Positions 53,908 through 63,944 of a stretch of 64,000 bases of DNA are shown one piece after another. Position 1 is the first letter of the stretch. Each line of letters opens with the position of its first letter. The notes under the pieces are model-generated. The model had not been told where the DNA came from, made no database searches, and worked only from the letters and a program-made list of their open reading frames with translations. The stretch covers positions 257,217 through 321,216 of the forward strand of contig JAJOLD010000001.1 of the NCBI GenBank assembly GCA_021129515.1, written 5' to 3'. This stretch comes from Minisyncoccota bacterium (GTDB lineage Bacteria > Patescibacteriota > Minisyncoccia > Phycocordibacterales > UBA918). The position numbers were made by a program, and so were the translations under genes.

Positions 53908-54993
53908 CTATCGCAGCGTATCAATAATGTATGCCTTGAGCGCGCTTGTCTGTACACCGAAGTGTGACTCAAACACATATGCGTCTTCATACTGTCCGCT
54001 TGCAGCATAGTATGTCCAACGTGTCTCTGGAAGAAGCGACAGCGCAGTGAGTACCGCACAAAAGCATGCTGTCAGAATGACAAACCCAAACCCTGCAGGT
54101 TGTGGCTCTGCCTCGACTACCGGCACACGAGATCCACGCTTCGTAACCGAAGCGACTTGTGCTTCATCATCAGCGCCTGCTTCTTGCGTAGTAGCGCTGT
54201 CATGCACTGGTGTCTGAGTAGTTGCTGGCGTAGCAGCAACATCGTACTGCTCGAGCTTATCAGAAAATGGCACCGGTGCATCTGCGTCAACACCCTCATG
54301 ATGTTCGGGAACCTCGTCATGCATTACATGCACTGGCACCGCATTAGTATCTGCCGATTTTGACTGCTTCTTTTTTTTATGGGTGTGTCGTTTTTTGGCA
54401 GCATGCGCTTCTGCGCGTTCAAGTGCTGCAATTTCTTTTTCAGTGAGCACATCAGCATGCAACAGCACCGCATCTGCATCATGGTATTCTTCATCGCCCA
54501 CATCAACGACATCAAGCGTCCCTGACATGAGCACCTTTTCACCTTCGTGTTCAATGGTGTAGTCTGGCTCTGAGTCTGCGGGTGCTGTCGCTGTGTGTTT
54601 TGCACGATTGGCTGGAGGTGCCTCACTCGTGATGCTGAGCTTGCGCACATTTGGGATGAGCGCCTCAGTGTCTTCTTCGTAGTGCACTGTGGTGAGGTGT
54701 CGGGTCATAAAATGTCTATTGGTCTGTGGCGCAGTATGTTTTTGTACTGTGCGTTTTTGTGTTGCAACCGCAGCACGCACTTGCTCTCGTGATTTTGTTT
54801 TTGCTGTTCTGTTTGCGGTTGAGCGGTATGCACGCAAATCATTCTGATCAACATACCAACTCCGCCCTACTAGTTGCGCATCAACTTTCCCACCACGACA
54901 AAGCTGCCCCACATAGTCTGGAGTGTACCCAGCATCCTTTGCTGCTTCAGATGCTTTTACATATGTTTTTCCATCAAGAACAACAGACTTCAT
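53908..54993 (-). CDS. paralogous HTH_17-domain membrane protein with a long His/Lys/acidic linker
   Basis: YVKASEAAKDAGYTPDYVGQLCRGGKVDAQLVGRSWYVDQNDL N-terminal HTH. TM helix GFGFVILTACFCAVLTALSLL near the C-terminus. Confidence 0.65.
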   Translation of the reverse strand: MKSVVLDGKTYVKASEAAKDAGYTPDYVGQLCRGGKVDAQLVGRSWYVDQNDLRAYRSTANRTAKTKSREQVRAAVATQKRTVQKHTAPQTNRHFMTRHLTTVHYEEDTEALIPNVRKLSITSEAPPANRAKHTATAPADSEPDYTIEHEGEKVLMSGTLDVVDVGDEEYHDADAVLLHADVLTEKEIAALERAEAHAAKKRHTHKKKKQSKSADTNAVPVHVMHDEVPEHHEGVDADAPVPFSDKLEQYDVAATPATTQTPVHDSATTQEAGADDEAQVASVTKRGSRVPVVEAEPQPAGFGFVILTACFCAVLTALSLLPETRWTYYAASGQYEDAYVFESHFGVQTSALKAYIIDTLR

Positions 54994-55069
54994 AACGTGT
55001 ACAAATTATACACCGTCAAGACGAGATGTATAGTCCGAGATACGTATATCTCTGCGAGACGATATAGCT

Positions 55070-56512
55070 TTATTTTAAAGCTTCAATGTGCTCTTTTAAG
55101 AGCTTTGCCAAGATTCCTGGGTTAGCAGCACCTTTTGTTGCCTTCATACCTTGTCCAATCAAAAACTGTAACGATGCCTCTTTACCTCCCCGAAATTCCT
55201 CCACCACCGAGGTGTGTTCAGCAATGACAGCCTGAACCACTGGGAGCAGTGCCTCGTCAGAGCTGTCTTGTAGCAACCCACGCTCTTTTGCAACGGCATG
55301 TACATCAATATCTGCAAAGAGCACTTCTTCGAGTAAATCCTTTGCTATACGTGAATTTAGGGTACCCGCTTTCAGCAGTTTAAGTAGTGTAATAAACCCA
55401 GTATGTGATGCTTCAGTCAGTGAACGAGACTCGGTGATCAGTGGCGGTACATCGGTCGTGAGATAGTTTGCAGCAGATTTAGCAAGTACTGGTTCAAAGG
55501 CAGCATCAGTAATCATCCGATCAAAGAAGGTTACCAGTGCTTTATTTACGAGAATGACATCAGTCTGTTCTCTCGTTAATCCGAGATTAGCATAGTTAGT
55601 ACGCTTTATATCCGGTGTTTCTTCCATATTCTCCTTTAAACGAGATAGTGAAAATTCTTCAATTTCTCGGAGGTCTAACTTCGGCAAATCAGGATCAGGG
55701 AAATACCGATACTCATCCGCAGATTCCTTTACTCGCTGCGTGAATGTTTTAGCACGGTTCTCATCCCATCCACGTGTTTCCTGAATGATTTTGTCACCCT
55801 TTTCTAACAATTTTGTTTGACGTTTTATCTCGTAGGTAATTGCCGACTCAACCGCTTTAAATGAGTTGAGGTTTTTGACTTCAACCTTCGTACCAAGTTC
55901 GTCAGTATCACTGATTGAAATGTTTGCCTCTACACGCATTTCCCCACGTTCCATATTCGCATCAGACACACCCAACGTTCGGAGCAGTAGTTGTAACTCC
56001 CGCGCAAAGTGTCCGGCAGTTTTTGCATCATGTATAACTGGCTCGGTGACCAACTCCATAAGCGGCACCCCTGCTCGATTGTAGTCGACAACACTTCCTT
56101 CAGTCTGGTCATGCAGTGACCGTGCAGTGTCTTCTTCTAGGTGCACTCGGGTGATTGCCACATCGGCAAGCTCGCCGCCTTTCACAAATGGAAATTCATA
56201 CTGACTAATTTGATACCCTTTTGGAATGTCAGGATAGAAATAATTTTTTCTATCAAACTCAGTGTATGTTGCAATGTCTGCATTCAGTGCAACACCAACA
56301 GTGAGTACATGTTCGACTGCCGCTTTATTAATGACCGGAAGTGTCCCTGGGTGTGCCATACACACCGGGCACACATGTGCATTGGGTGCTGCGCCATGTG
56401 GTTGGTTCACACAGTTACAAAACATTTTTGTTTTTGTTTTTAATTCTGCGTGCACTTCAATACCGATGGTGGGTTTATACGTTGTCATGACGAGTATAGT
56501 ACCTTTTGTCAC
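55070..56512 (-). CDS. gatB: aspartyl/glutamyl-tRNA(Asn/Gln) amidotransferase subunit B
   Basis: YKPTIGIEVHAELKTKTKMFCNC ... with the GatB/YqeY C-terminal domain. The likely start is MTTYKP at ~56488. Confidence 0.95.
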   Translation of the reverse strand: MTKGTILVMTTYKPTIGIEVHAELKTKTKMFCNCVNQPHGAAPNAHVCPVCMAHPGTLPVINKAAVEHVLTVGVALNADIATYTEFDRKNYFYPDIPKGYQISQYEFPFVKGGELADVAITRVHLEEDTARSLHDQTEGSVVDYNRAGVPLMELVTEPVIHDAKTAGHFARELQLLLRTLGVSDANMERGEMRVEANISISDTDELGTKVEVKNLNSFKAVESAITYEIKRQTKLLEKGDKIIQETRGWDENRAKTFTQRVKESADEYRYFPDPDLPKLDLREIEEFSLSRLKENMEETPDIKRTNYANLGLTREQTDVILVNKALVTFFDRMITDAAFEPVLAKSAANYLTTDVPPLITESRSLTEASHTGFITLLKLLKAGTLNSRIAKDLLEEVLFADIDVHAVAKERGLLQDSSDEALLPVVQAVIAEHTSVVEEFRGGKEASLQFLIGQGMKATKGAANPGILAKLLKEHIEALK

Positions 56513-56717
56513 CCTTCCTTACAAGCGAACATACCGATGTACGCACCAACATATGTGGTATCAATGCACTGCTCACATGCCCATGAACGCCCCTAGCGTG
56601 CTTTTTATATACTTTCAATCACACATTTCTCAATTTTGTCAACAGTATTATATGATATATAAAAAATACCCTTATAATAAAGGGTATTTTAGCCATGCGT
56701 ATATGTATACTAGTATA

Positions 56718-57701
56718 TTATTCCGATTCATTTTCAGAGCTAATATGCTTTGTGAGGGCATCTGAGAGAGTTTTTATACCCTCCCCCGTGTGTGCTGAAA
56801 CGACAAATACCCGTGCTGCGTGCGCGGCAAACGTGTCTATGAGTTGCTGCACAACTGTTTCATCAGTATTGATATCTGTCTTAGTGAGCACAATCCACTC
56901 TGGTTTTTTTGCAAGACTCTTGTCGTAGGCAACAAGTTCTTCACGTACTGCGGTGTATACCGCAACTGGATCTTGATTTTCGAGCGACACACAATGCAGT
57001 ACCATTTTGGTGCGAGTCACGTGCCGCAAAAATTTATGGCCCAATCCTTTTCCATCTGATGCCCCTTCGATGAGCCCTGGGATATCCGCAAGCAATACAC
57101 CATAGAGGTCACCAAGATGTGGTTCAAGTGTCGTAAATGGATATGCCCCGACTGCAGCCTTGGCATTGGTCAGTGTATTGAGCAAGGTTGATTTACCAGC
57201 ATTCGGAAGCCCAATAAGCCCCACATCAACCAAGAGTGCTAACTCAATCATAAACGCACCAGACTCCCCCTGCTTACCAGGTGTTGCTTTTTCTGGAGCT
57301 CGATTAGTTGATGACTTAAAGTACTCATTTCCAAGTCCACCATGCCCCCCTAAGAGAATTTTTTCAGTGGCACCCACCGTATCAAGAGTATACGTTCTAT
57401 CCCGAGCAATATCACGCACCGTGGCACCGACAGGCACATCAATATAGCAGTCAGCACCATCATGCCCGTGTTGACTTTGGTTCCTACCAGCCTCGCCATC
57501 TTCTGCAGCAAATGCTTTGCTTCCAGTATATTTACTCAAAATACTGAGGTCATGTACGGCACGAATATAGACATCGCCACCCCTGCCGCCATTTCCGCCT
57601 GCAGGACCACCCATGGGCTTAAATTTCTCACGACGCCACCTGACGACACCGTCGCCTCCATTTCCTGCTTTTGCGGTTATTTCTAATTCGTCTACAAACA
57701 T
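56718..57701 (-). CDS. obg: GTPase Obg/CgtA
   Basis: N-terminal Gly-rich Obg fold (GGDGGDG-like: AGNGGDGVVRWRREKFKPMGGPAGGNGGRGGDVYI) followed by a GTPase domain (GLIGLPNAGKSTLL). Confidence 0.95.
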   Translation of the reverse strand: MFVDELEITAKAGNGGDGVVRWRREKFKPMGGPAGGNGGRGGDVYIRAVHDLSILSKYTGSKAFAAEDGEAGRNQSQHGHDGADCYIDVPVGATVRDIARDRTYTLDTVGATEKILLGGHGGLGNEYFKSSTNRAPEKATPGKQGESGAFMIELALLVDVGLIGLPNAGKSTLLNTLTNAKAAVGAYPFTTLEPHLGDLYGVLLADIPGLIEGASDGKGLGHKFLRHVTRTKMVLHCVSLENQDPVAVYTAVREELVAYDKSLAKKPEWIVLTKTDINTDETVVQQLIDTFAAHAARVFVVSAHTGEGIKTLSDALTKHISSENESE

Positions 57702-57756
57702 TAACTGAAAAAAGGAGCGTAAGCGACTATTCTGAAATTACGTCCCGATTTGTTCT

Positions 57757-58030
57757 GCCCTTGGGCAAATCGCTGGACGAGCAAATGTAGTATGTCACTA
57801 TACGCACTCCATTGTTTATATATTGATAATTCTTTTGACCTTTTATTATACCTCTTCCCTAGGAAAAATTGCTGGACAAGGAACTGTGGCATGTCGCCTG
57901 TTCCCATTACTTATAAATGACTTATTTACAATTCGTCTTCCCTTACAGGGACTGTTCAGGTTGTCGCTGCTTACGCAGCTGGCAACCTCTTGCGAAATGA
58001 CAGTAAGTCATTTCTCACCCAGAGCGAATT
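57757..58030. repeat. three degenerate tandem ~90-100-nt repeat units inside a 490-nt noncoding region
   Basis: Each unit opens with CT(T/G)CCCTT..GG and contains AAAT(C/T)GCTGGAC(G/A)AG(C/G)AA(A/C)TGT(A/G)G(T/C)ATGTC(A/G)C. The third unit carries AGGTTGTCGCTGCTTACGCAGCTGGCAACCTCTTGCG, ~80% identical to 41385-41425. Confidence 0.55.
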
Positions 58031-58194
58031 CCTGGAACACATAGTCATAGTCCAAGCTACCCTACTTGTGATTACATACCAATAAATACTCGGCTTGTTC
58101 GTTACACTTGATTTTGTATACCCCCTTCCACCTCTCTCGCACCACATACCACCATACATCTTCCAACAATACAAACACTTCTGCGCTCAACCAC

Positions 58195-58527
58195 CTATAC
58201 CAATTTGTTCCCAATGGCACTCACAACACTGACAATCAATGAGCCAATGAGTGCCGCGAGGAATCCTTGTACCGCAAAGCCATCAACAAAAGAAGCGACA
58301 AACAAGAAGAGCGCGGCATTGATAACAAACATAAAGAGTCCAAGTGTCAGAATGGTAATTGGCAGGGTAAGTACCACTAACACTGGACGCACAATGAGAT
58401 TAAGCAATCCTAATATAATTGCTGCAATAATTGCAATATAAAGGTTTGCAATGGCAATACCAGGCACCACATATGCAGCAATGAGTAATCCGAGTGCGGT
58501 TATCAATACTCGTACAAGAATAGTCAT
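58195..58527 (-). CDS. DUF360 / phage-holin-family-IV-like small membrane protein
   Basis: Four TM helices with VVPGI...VRPVL..LTLPITILTLGLF, typical of COG1950/holin_4. Confidence 0.65.
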   Translation of the reverse strand: MTILVRVLITALGLLIAAYVVPGIAIANLYIAIIAAIILGLLNLIVRPVLVVLTLPITILTLGLFMFVINAALFLFVASFVDGFAVQGFLAALIGSLIVSVVSAIGNKLV

Positions 58528-58558
58528 AGGCGTAGTATACCGTAGAACGTCACGATTG

Positions 58559-61084
58559 CTATGTGCGCAATTGCCATTCTCCTGAGGTGATTAATGGTTC
58601 TGCTTTTTTGTACTTCATCTCTTTTGTGTCGGTTCCATTGGTGATGGTTACCATTTCATTTCGAGCAGGTGTTGCATCTTTAACTACTGGTGTATTCCGC
58701 GGTGGTGCCGTATGTGCAGTCCTTGCACCACCCGAGCGCTTGGCTGCTTCTTGCGCTTTACGCAGCTCGGCCTCTTCTTTATTGAGTGCTTCAACCTGCA
58801 TATTTGGAATAAGTTCTGCAAGGCGATGCACTGCGGCTTCTTGCATTTCGCTAAAGAGCCGCAAGCCTTCTTTGCGATACTCAATCAGTGGATTCTGTTG
58901 TCCATAGGCACGCAAACTCACACTCGAGCGTGTGTACTGCATCACCTCAAGATGCTCGACCCACAAGATGTCATGTACTTGCACCAAGAGTCGCCGTGCT
59001 GTTTCATACCACTGCGTTTCACCCATTTCCTGGATACGTTTTTCAATTGCATCTGCGACCGTTGGTGCAATAGCCACCACTTCATCCAGGAGCTCTTTGA
59101 TGTCTGCGTGACTCCCGGTGAGCATCTTCATACGTCGCTCGTAGACCACCTGCCGCTGCTGGTTCAGCACGTCATCATATGCCAGTACTTGTTTACGTGC
59201 ATCAAAGTTGAAGCCTTCAATCTTCTTTTGTGCTGACTCAAGTGAACGAGTCACCATTGCGTTTTCGATTGGTTGGTCTTCGGGGATGCCGAGCTTGCCC
59301 ATCATGTTTTTAACGGTATCAGTTGCAAAGACACGCAATAAGGTATCTTCCATAGACACAAAAAACTGTGTGGTGCCTGGATCACCCTGTCGTCCAGAAC
59401 GACCACGGAGCTGGTTGTCGATACGACGTGCCTCGTGTCGCTCGGTACCAAGCACAAAGAGTCCACCAAGTTCGAGTACTTTTTGTGTTTGTTCCTCAGT
59501 TGCATTGATGCCACCGAGCTTAATGTCAACACCTCGCCCTGCCATATTGGTTGCCAATGTCACGTTGCCGAGTTCACCCGCACCTGCAATAATCTCACCC
59601 TCATTTTCATGGTTTTTTGCATTCAAGACCTTATGTGGGATTTTGGCTTTGGTAAGTTCCTGGCTTAGCTCCTCATTCTTATCAATAGACGCGGTACCAA
59701 TGAGTATCGGCTGTCCGGTTTCATGCACCTCCTTCACTTTGCGGATGATAGCAGTGTACTTCCCTTTTTCGGTCTGGAAGATTTGGTCGTTGAGGTCCGC
59801 ACGCTTTACCTCGCAATGTGTGGGTACTGGAATCACATCGAGCTTATACACGGTATAGAATTCTTCTTGTGAGGTTAGTCCGGTACCGGTCATACCTGCG
59901 AGCTTGTCGTACATGCGGAAGTAATTTTGGAAGGTAATCGACGCATAGGTGCGAGATTCCTTTTGGATGGTGATACCTTCTTTTGCTTCTACTGCTTGAT
60001 GCAAACCATCTGACCATCGTCGACCTGGCTGGAGACGCCCCGTGAATTCATCGACAATCACTGCCTCACCATCGCGCACCACATACTCCTTGTCACGCGT
60101 ATAGAGTGCTTGCGCACGTACGGCGGTTTCTAAATGATGTACATACTTAATACCTTTGTCGGTATAGATATTTTCAATACCCAGTATCTGCTCGGCAGCC
60201 TCGATACCAGTGTCGGTAAGTGTTGCTGACTTTAGTTTTTCATCGATGGTGTAGTGCTCTTCTGTTTTGAGTTTTTGCGCCACCTTTGCAAAAAGCTCGT
60301 AGAGGTTTTCTGAATCTTGTGCTGGTGCAGAAATAATAAGTGGTGTCCGCGCCTCATCAATAAGAATAGAGTCGACCTCGTCGATGATGGCGTAGGAATG
60401 CGACCGCTGCCTGATCTTTTCTGTATCAAACTCAATATTATCGCGCAGGTAATCAAAGCCAAACTCATTATTCGTGCCATAGGTAATGTCTGCGGCATAG
60501 GCTTCGGTACGGGTACACGGTCGCAAAAACTCATACCGAATGGCATGCGCACCCTCAGCATCACGCGCTTCATCTGCTTCACCATGCCCTGCATCATAGA
60601 GATATGATGCATTTTGGTTGATGACACCAACAGTCAAACCAAGTGCATGATAGATTTGTCCCATCCATACCGCGTCACGACGCGCGAGGTAATCGTTAAC
60701 CGTAATCACGTGTACGCCCTGTTTGGTCAATGCATTGAGGTAGGCAGGAAGCGTCCCCACCAAGGTTTTTCCCTCTCCAGTACGCATCTCCGTGATTTTT
60801 CCGCGATGCAGAATAATACCACCAATAAGCTGCACATCGTAATGGCGCTGATTGAGCGTTCGTCGTGCTGCTTCGCGCACCAGAGCAAATGCTTCGGGCA
60901 ATACTGTATCAAGGTCTTTCCCGTCTGTTATTTCTTGCTTGAGTTCGTCCGTACGTGCACGTAACGCCTCATCAGTATGTGTTTCTACGTTGGATTCAAG
61001 TGCATTGATTTCGTCTACAATTGGTCGGATTTGCTTCAATTCTTTTTCATAGGTTGGACCAAAAAATCTATCTAAAAATGACAT
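58559..61084 (-). CDS. secA: preprotein translocase ATPase SecA
   Basis: DEAD-like motor (GEGKTLV, DEVDSILIDEARTPLIIS) with preprotein-binding and helical scaffold domains. Confidence 0.97.
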   Translation of the reverse strand: MSFLDRFFGPTYEKELKQIRPIVDEINALESNVETHTDEALRARTDELKQEITDGKDLDTVLPEAFALVREAARRTLNQRHYDVQLIGGIILHRGKITEMRTGEGKTLVGTLPAYLNALTKQGVHVITVNDYLARRDAVWMGQIYHALGLTVGVINQNASYLYDAGHGEADEARDAEGAHAIRYEFLRPCTRTEAYAADITYGTNNEFGFDYLRDNIEFDTEKIRQRSHSYAIIDEVDSILIDEARTPLIISAPAQDSENLYELFAKVAQKLKTEEHYTIDEKLKSATLTDTGIEAAEQILGIENIYTDKGIKYVHHLETAVRAQALYTRDKEYVVRDGEAVIVDEFTGRLQPGRRWSDGLHQAVEAKEGITIQKESRTYASITFQNYFRMYDKLAGMTGTGLTSQEEFYTVYKLDVIPVPTHCEVKRADLNDQIFQTEKGKYTAIIRKVKEVHETGQPILIGTASIDKNEELSQELTKAKIPHKVLNAKNHENEGEIIAGAGELGNVTLATNMAGRGVDIKLGGINATEEQTQKVLELGGLFVLGTERHEARRIDNQLRGRSGRQGDPGTTQFFVSMEDTLLRVFATDTVKNMMGKLGIPEDQPIENAMVTRSLESAQKKIEGFNFDARKQVLAYDDVLNQQRQVVYERRMKMLTGSHADIKELLDEVVAIAPTVADAIEKRIQEMGETQWYETARRLLVQVHDILWVEHLEVMQYTRSSVSLRAYGQQNPLIEYRKEGLRLFSEMQEAAVHRLAELIPNMQVEALNKEEAELRKAQEAAKRSGGARTAHTAPPRNTPVVKDATPARNEMVTITNGTDTKEMKYKKAEPLITSGEWQLRT

Positions 61085-61135
61085 ATGGGCTCATGATTTA
61101 TTCGAATTCACACAGCATAGCATAAATACAGATAC

Positions 61136-61171
61136 CAAAAAACATAACACCTCCTGGTGGAGGTGTTATGT
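61136..61171 (-). terminator. terminator (ACATAACACCTCC-TGGT-GGAGGTGTTATGT) downstream of the basic-protein gene
   Basis: 13-bp perfect stem with an A-run and a T-run. Confidence 0.8.
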
Positions 61172-61215
61172 GATACTTATGACGCGAAGGTGCCGTACTC
61201 GTCCGGTTACTCGTG

Positions 61216-61506
61216 TTACTTTCGACGTCGAGTTGACTTTTTTGCAACCTTTCGCTTTGTGGCTTTTTTAGCCGACTTTCGTTTAGTTGCCGCTTTTCGC
61301 GTAGTCTTACGCTTCGCTGTCTTCTTTGCTGGCTTTCGCTTTACGGTCTTCTTTGCAGCTTTTCGCTTCGTTGCTTTTTTCGTCGCTTTTCTCGCTGTAC
61401 GCTTTGCTGGCTTTCGCTTTGCAACCTTGCGCTTTGCAGCAGTCTTTCGTGCTGGCTTTCGCTTGGTAGCAGCTTTGCGAGTTGCTTTCTTCTTTTTTGC
61501 TGGCAT
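61216..61506 (-). CDS. histone H1-like Lys/Ala/Thr-rich basic protein (~97 aa)
   Basis: From the internal Met: MPAKKKKATRKAATKRKPARKTAAKRKVAKRKPAKR..., i.e. KRK/AAK repeats throughout. The track ORF extends further 5' but would overlap murB. Confidence 0.7.
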   Translation of the reverse strand: MPAKKKKATRKAATKRKPARKTAAKRKVAKRKPAKRTARKATKKATKRKAAKKTVKRKPAKKTAKRKTTRKAATKRKSAKKATKRKVAKKSTRRRK

Positions 61507-61655
61507 GAATAGAAGTTGTTGAATGTCTAACAAATTCGACCGCATTATTCTCTTTTCAAAGAGCAGGTATAGAGAGAATGTCTGCTTAGCTTCATTATCA
61601 AGCAAATAGTTTGCTACGACAATAAAAAATAAAAATGTTTTTGTGGATAAACATG

Positions 61656-62675
61656 CTATATCTGAGTCACCTCCCACTCAAGTGCAATGCCACAACATTC
61701 CTGTACCCTATCAGCAATCGACTGTGCGAATCCTGCCACCTCTGTTGCGGTTGCACCACCACAATTCACGAGCACGAGTGGTTGCCGTTCGTATAACCGC
61801 ACGCTACCCTCCTGCACTCCCTTGCTATGCAGTATATGGTCAAGTATCCACGCGGTTGATGTTTTTATATGTCCATCATCAGTTGGAAATCCTGGCATAT
61901 CTGGATACCGCTCGATAAGTTCCGCATACTGCACGCGGGGGATAACGGGGTTTTTAAAAAATGATCCTGCATTCCCTTCTGTGGACCAGTCGGGAAATTT
62001 TTGCGAACGAATAGCAATCACTGCATCGCGCACGTGAGCACACGTAGGCATGTCGTTGCCATCGAAATGATGCGCAAGGTCTTTGTACGCGATATTTGGA
62101 CCACCTTCTGTGTGAAGCAAAAAGGTAACCTGCGTCACCACCCATGATGCCGCTACTTCCTTTTTAAAAATTGAATCACGATACCCAAACGCACATTCAT
62201 GACCCGACAAGCGACGCGTCTCATTGGTGGCATAGTCATAGATTGCAACTTCAGTAATCATGGTTGCAACCTCAGCTCCATATGCGCCAATATTCTGTAC
62301 TGGCGCTGCACCAACTGAACTCGGGATTGCTGAGAGATTCTCCAACCCCCACAGCCCACGCGCAACCGTGTCAGCAACCAAGTCGTCAAACACCACACCA
62401 GCGCCAGCAGTCACCAACACACCCGCTGGTGTATCCGTATAGGTCACCCCGTGCACTGCCATATGTATCACCAACCCACGCACACCCTCGTCGGATATGA
62501 GCACGTTTGAACCATGCCCTAAAATCTGTATTGGTTGATTGTTCGCTTGCGCCCACTGACACGCTTCGCGCACTGCGTCGAATGAATCAACCGAGACAAA
62601 AAAATCCGCCACGCCACCAATACCAAAGGTGGTATACGGTGCAAGCGGAATATCTTTCTGTATCGTATCAGTCAT
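61656..62675 (-). CDS. murB: UDP-N-acetylenolpyruvoylglucosamine reductase
   Basis: FAD-binding YTTFGIGGVADFFV... and the C-terminal MurB domain. Confidence 0.93.
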   Translation of the reverse strand: MTDTIQKDIPLAPYTTFGIGGVADFFVSVDSFDAVREACQWAQANNQPIQILGHGSNVLISDEGVRGLVIHMAVHGVTYTDTPAGVLVTAGAGVVFDDLVADTVARGLWGLENLSAIPSSVGAAPVQNIGAYGAEVATMITEVAIYDYATNETRRLSGHECAFGYRDSIFKKEVAASWVVTQVTFLLHTEGGPNIAYKDLAHHFDGNDMPTCAHVRDAVIAIRSQKFPDWSTEGNAGSFFKNPVIPRVQYAELIERYPDMPGFPTDDGHIKTSTAWILDHILHSKGVQEGSVRLYERQPLVLVNCGGATATEVAGFAQSIADRVQECCGIALEWEVTQI

Positions 62676-62993
62676 ATAAAAATACTCACCTAAAGATATG
62701 GCCAGCGGGTGCGAGCTCCAAATATAATTGAAAGTTTAAAAGTGAGTGCCGCCGCTAGCCACGTCTGTAGACGAGCTCTGTTTATGGTAGCACACACAAC
62801 GTGCGTCATGTACTGAGAAGCTGCGTACAATACCCTAGTCAAAGAGTACTACGACAGCCGTTGACAACCTATCAGCACACCCATAACGTAAAAATCCCCA
62901 CCCCAGGGATTTTTACGTAAACTTTCATTTGAGTCTCCAACTGTGACACTCCCCAACAGTATAGATGCTCACCCCCCTATGCTGCAAGCGTGC

Positions 62994-63944
62994 TTATTGC
63001 ATAGTCGCATCAACCGTCTCTCCATCTACCTGCACACGTGGTGCACCAGGCGTACGACCTGCTTCTATATCTTCAATAAAGGTTTCTGCTTGCGCAGCAA
63101 ATGTCGGAATCTGTGCAGCGGCATCCTGCAAAATCTGTATTGCACCAGCACTATCACCCTGTTCATACGCAACAACGGCAAGATGTACATGGTTTTGTGG
63201 ATCCAGTGGCTTCCGTGCGACACGAGATGCGTATACATCGGTGAGCACATCATATGCTTGTGCAGCATAGATTGCTTGTATCACCATATTATTGTCAGAA
63301 ATGGTTCGAATAACACGTTTTGTATCTGCCGCATCATCGTAAATCAATGCACGCGCTTCATCGGCAGCGCCGGTCTGGAAGAGTGCCATAGCATAGAATA
63401 CACGAGCAAGTTCATACTGTGTCTCAAGCATATATGCTTCTTTAAACAATGCTTGTGATGACGATGCATTACCCAATTGCATCTGGGTCAATGCCTGCTC
63501 AAAAATAATTTGCTGTTTTTGCGGTGAGAGTGACCGAGCGATGGCAAGTTGTTCAACCGCTTTTTCAAGCTGTCCCGTTGTGCGATAGAACGAACTAATA
63601 AACACATGAATACGCGCATCGTTTGGTTTTTCTATAGCCTGTTGCAGCAACGCTTCTTCTGTTTTTATAAAGAAGACCTCTTTGAACGTATCTGGTACGT
63701 GTTGTGCCCGCATGATAACACCCATCTGACGCATCATTTGTTCACGAATTTCTTGATCCGCAAAGGAACCACGCGCCAATGCCTCTTCAAATTCAGTAAG
63801 CATCGCCTCCGGGGACTGGCTTGTAAATGCTTGAATGATATCTCGTGCCGCTTGTATATGCGGCACATTCACAAAATATACGGTACCGACCAACACCACT
63901 CCCACCACAGGCGCTACGACCTGACTTATAAGTCTTGCGTCCAT
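62994..63944 (-). CDS. membrane-anchored TPR-like repeat protein
   Basis: N-terminal TM. Helical-repeat character in the rest (AxxAxxYxxxG-like units). Confidence 0.55.
   Translation of the reverse strand: MDARLISQVVAPVVGVVLVGTVYFVNVPHIQAARDIIQAFTSQSPEAMLTEFEEALARGSFADQEIREQMMRQMGVIMRAQHVPDTFKEVFFIKTEEALLQQAIEKPNDARIHVFISSFYRTTGQLEKAVEQLAIARSLSPQKQQIIFEQALTQMQLGNASSSQALFKEAYMLETQYELARVFYAMALFQTGAADEARALIYDDAADTKRVIRTISDNNMVIQAIYAAQAYDVLTDVYASRVARKPLDPQNHVHLAVVAYEQGDSAGAIQILQDAAAQIPTFAAQAETFIEDIEAGRTPGAPRVQVDGETVDATMQ

Noticed and set aside
57757-58030. CRISPR array
   Set aside because: The repeat units are long (~90-100 nt), degenerate and contiguous, with no short exact repeats or unique spacers. 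There are no cas genes in the window.
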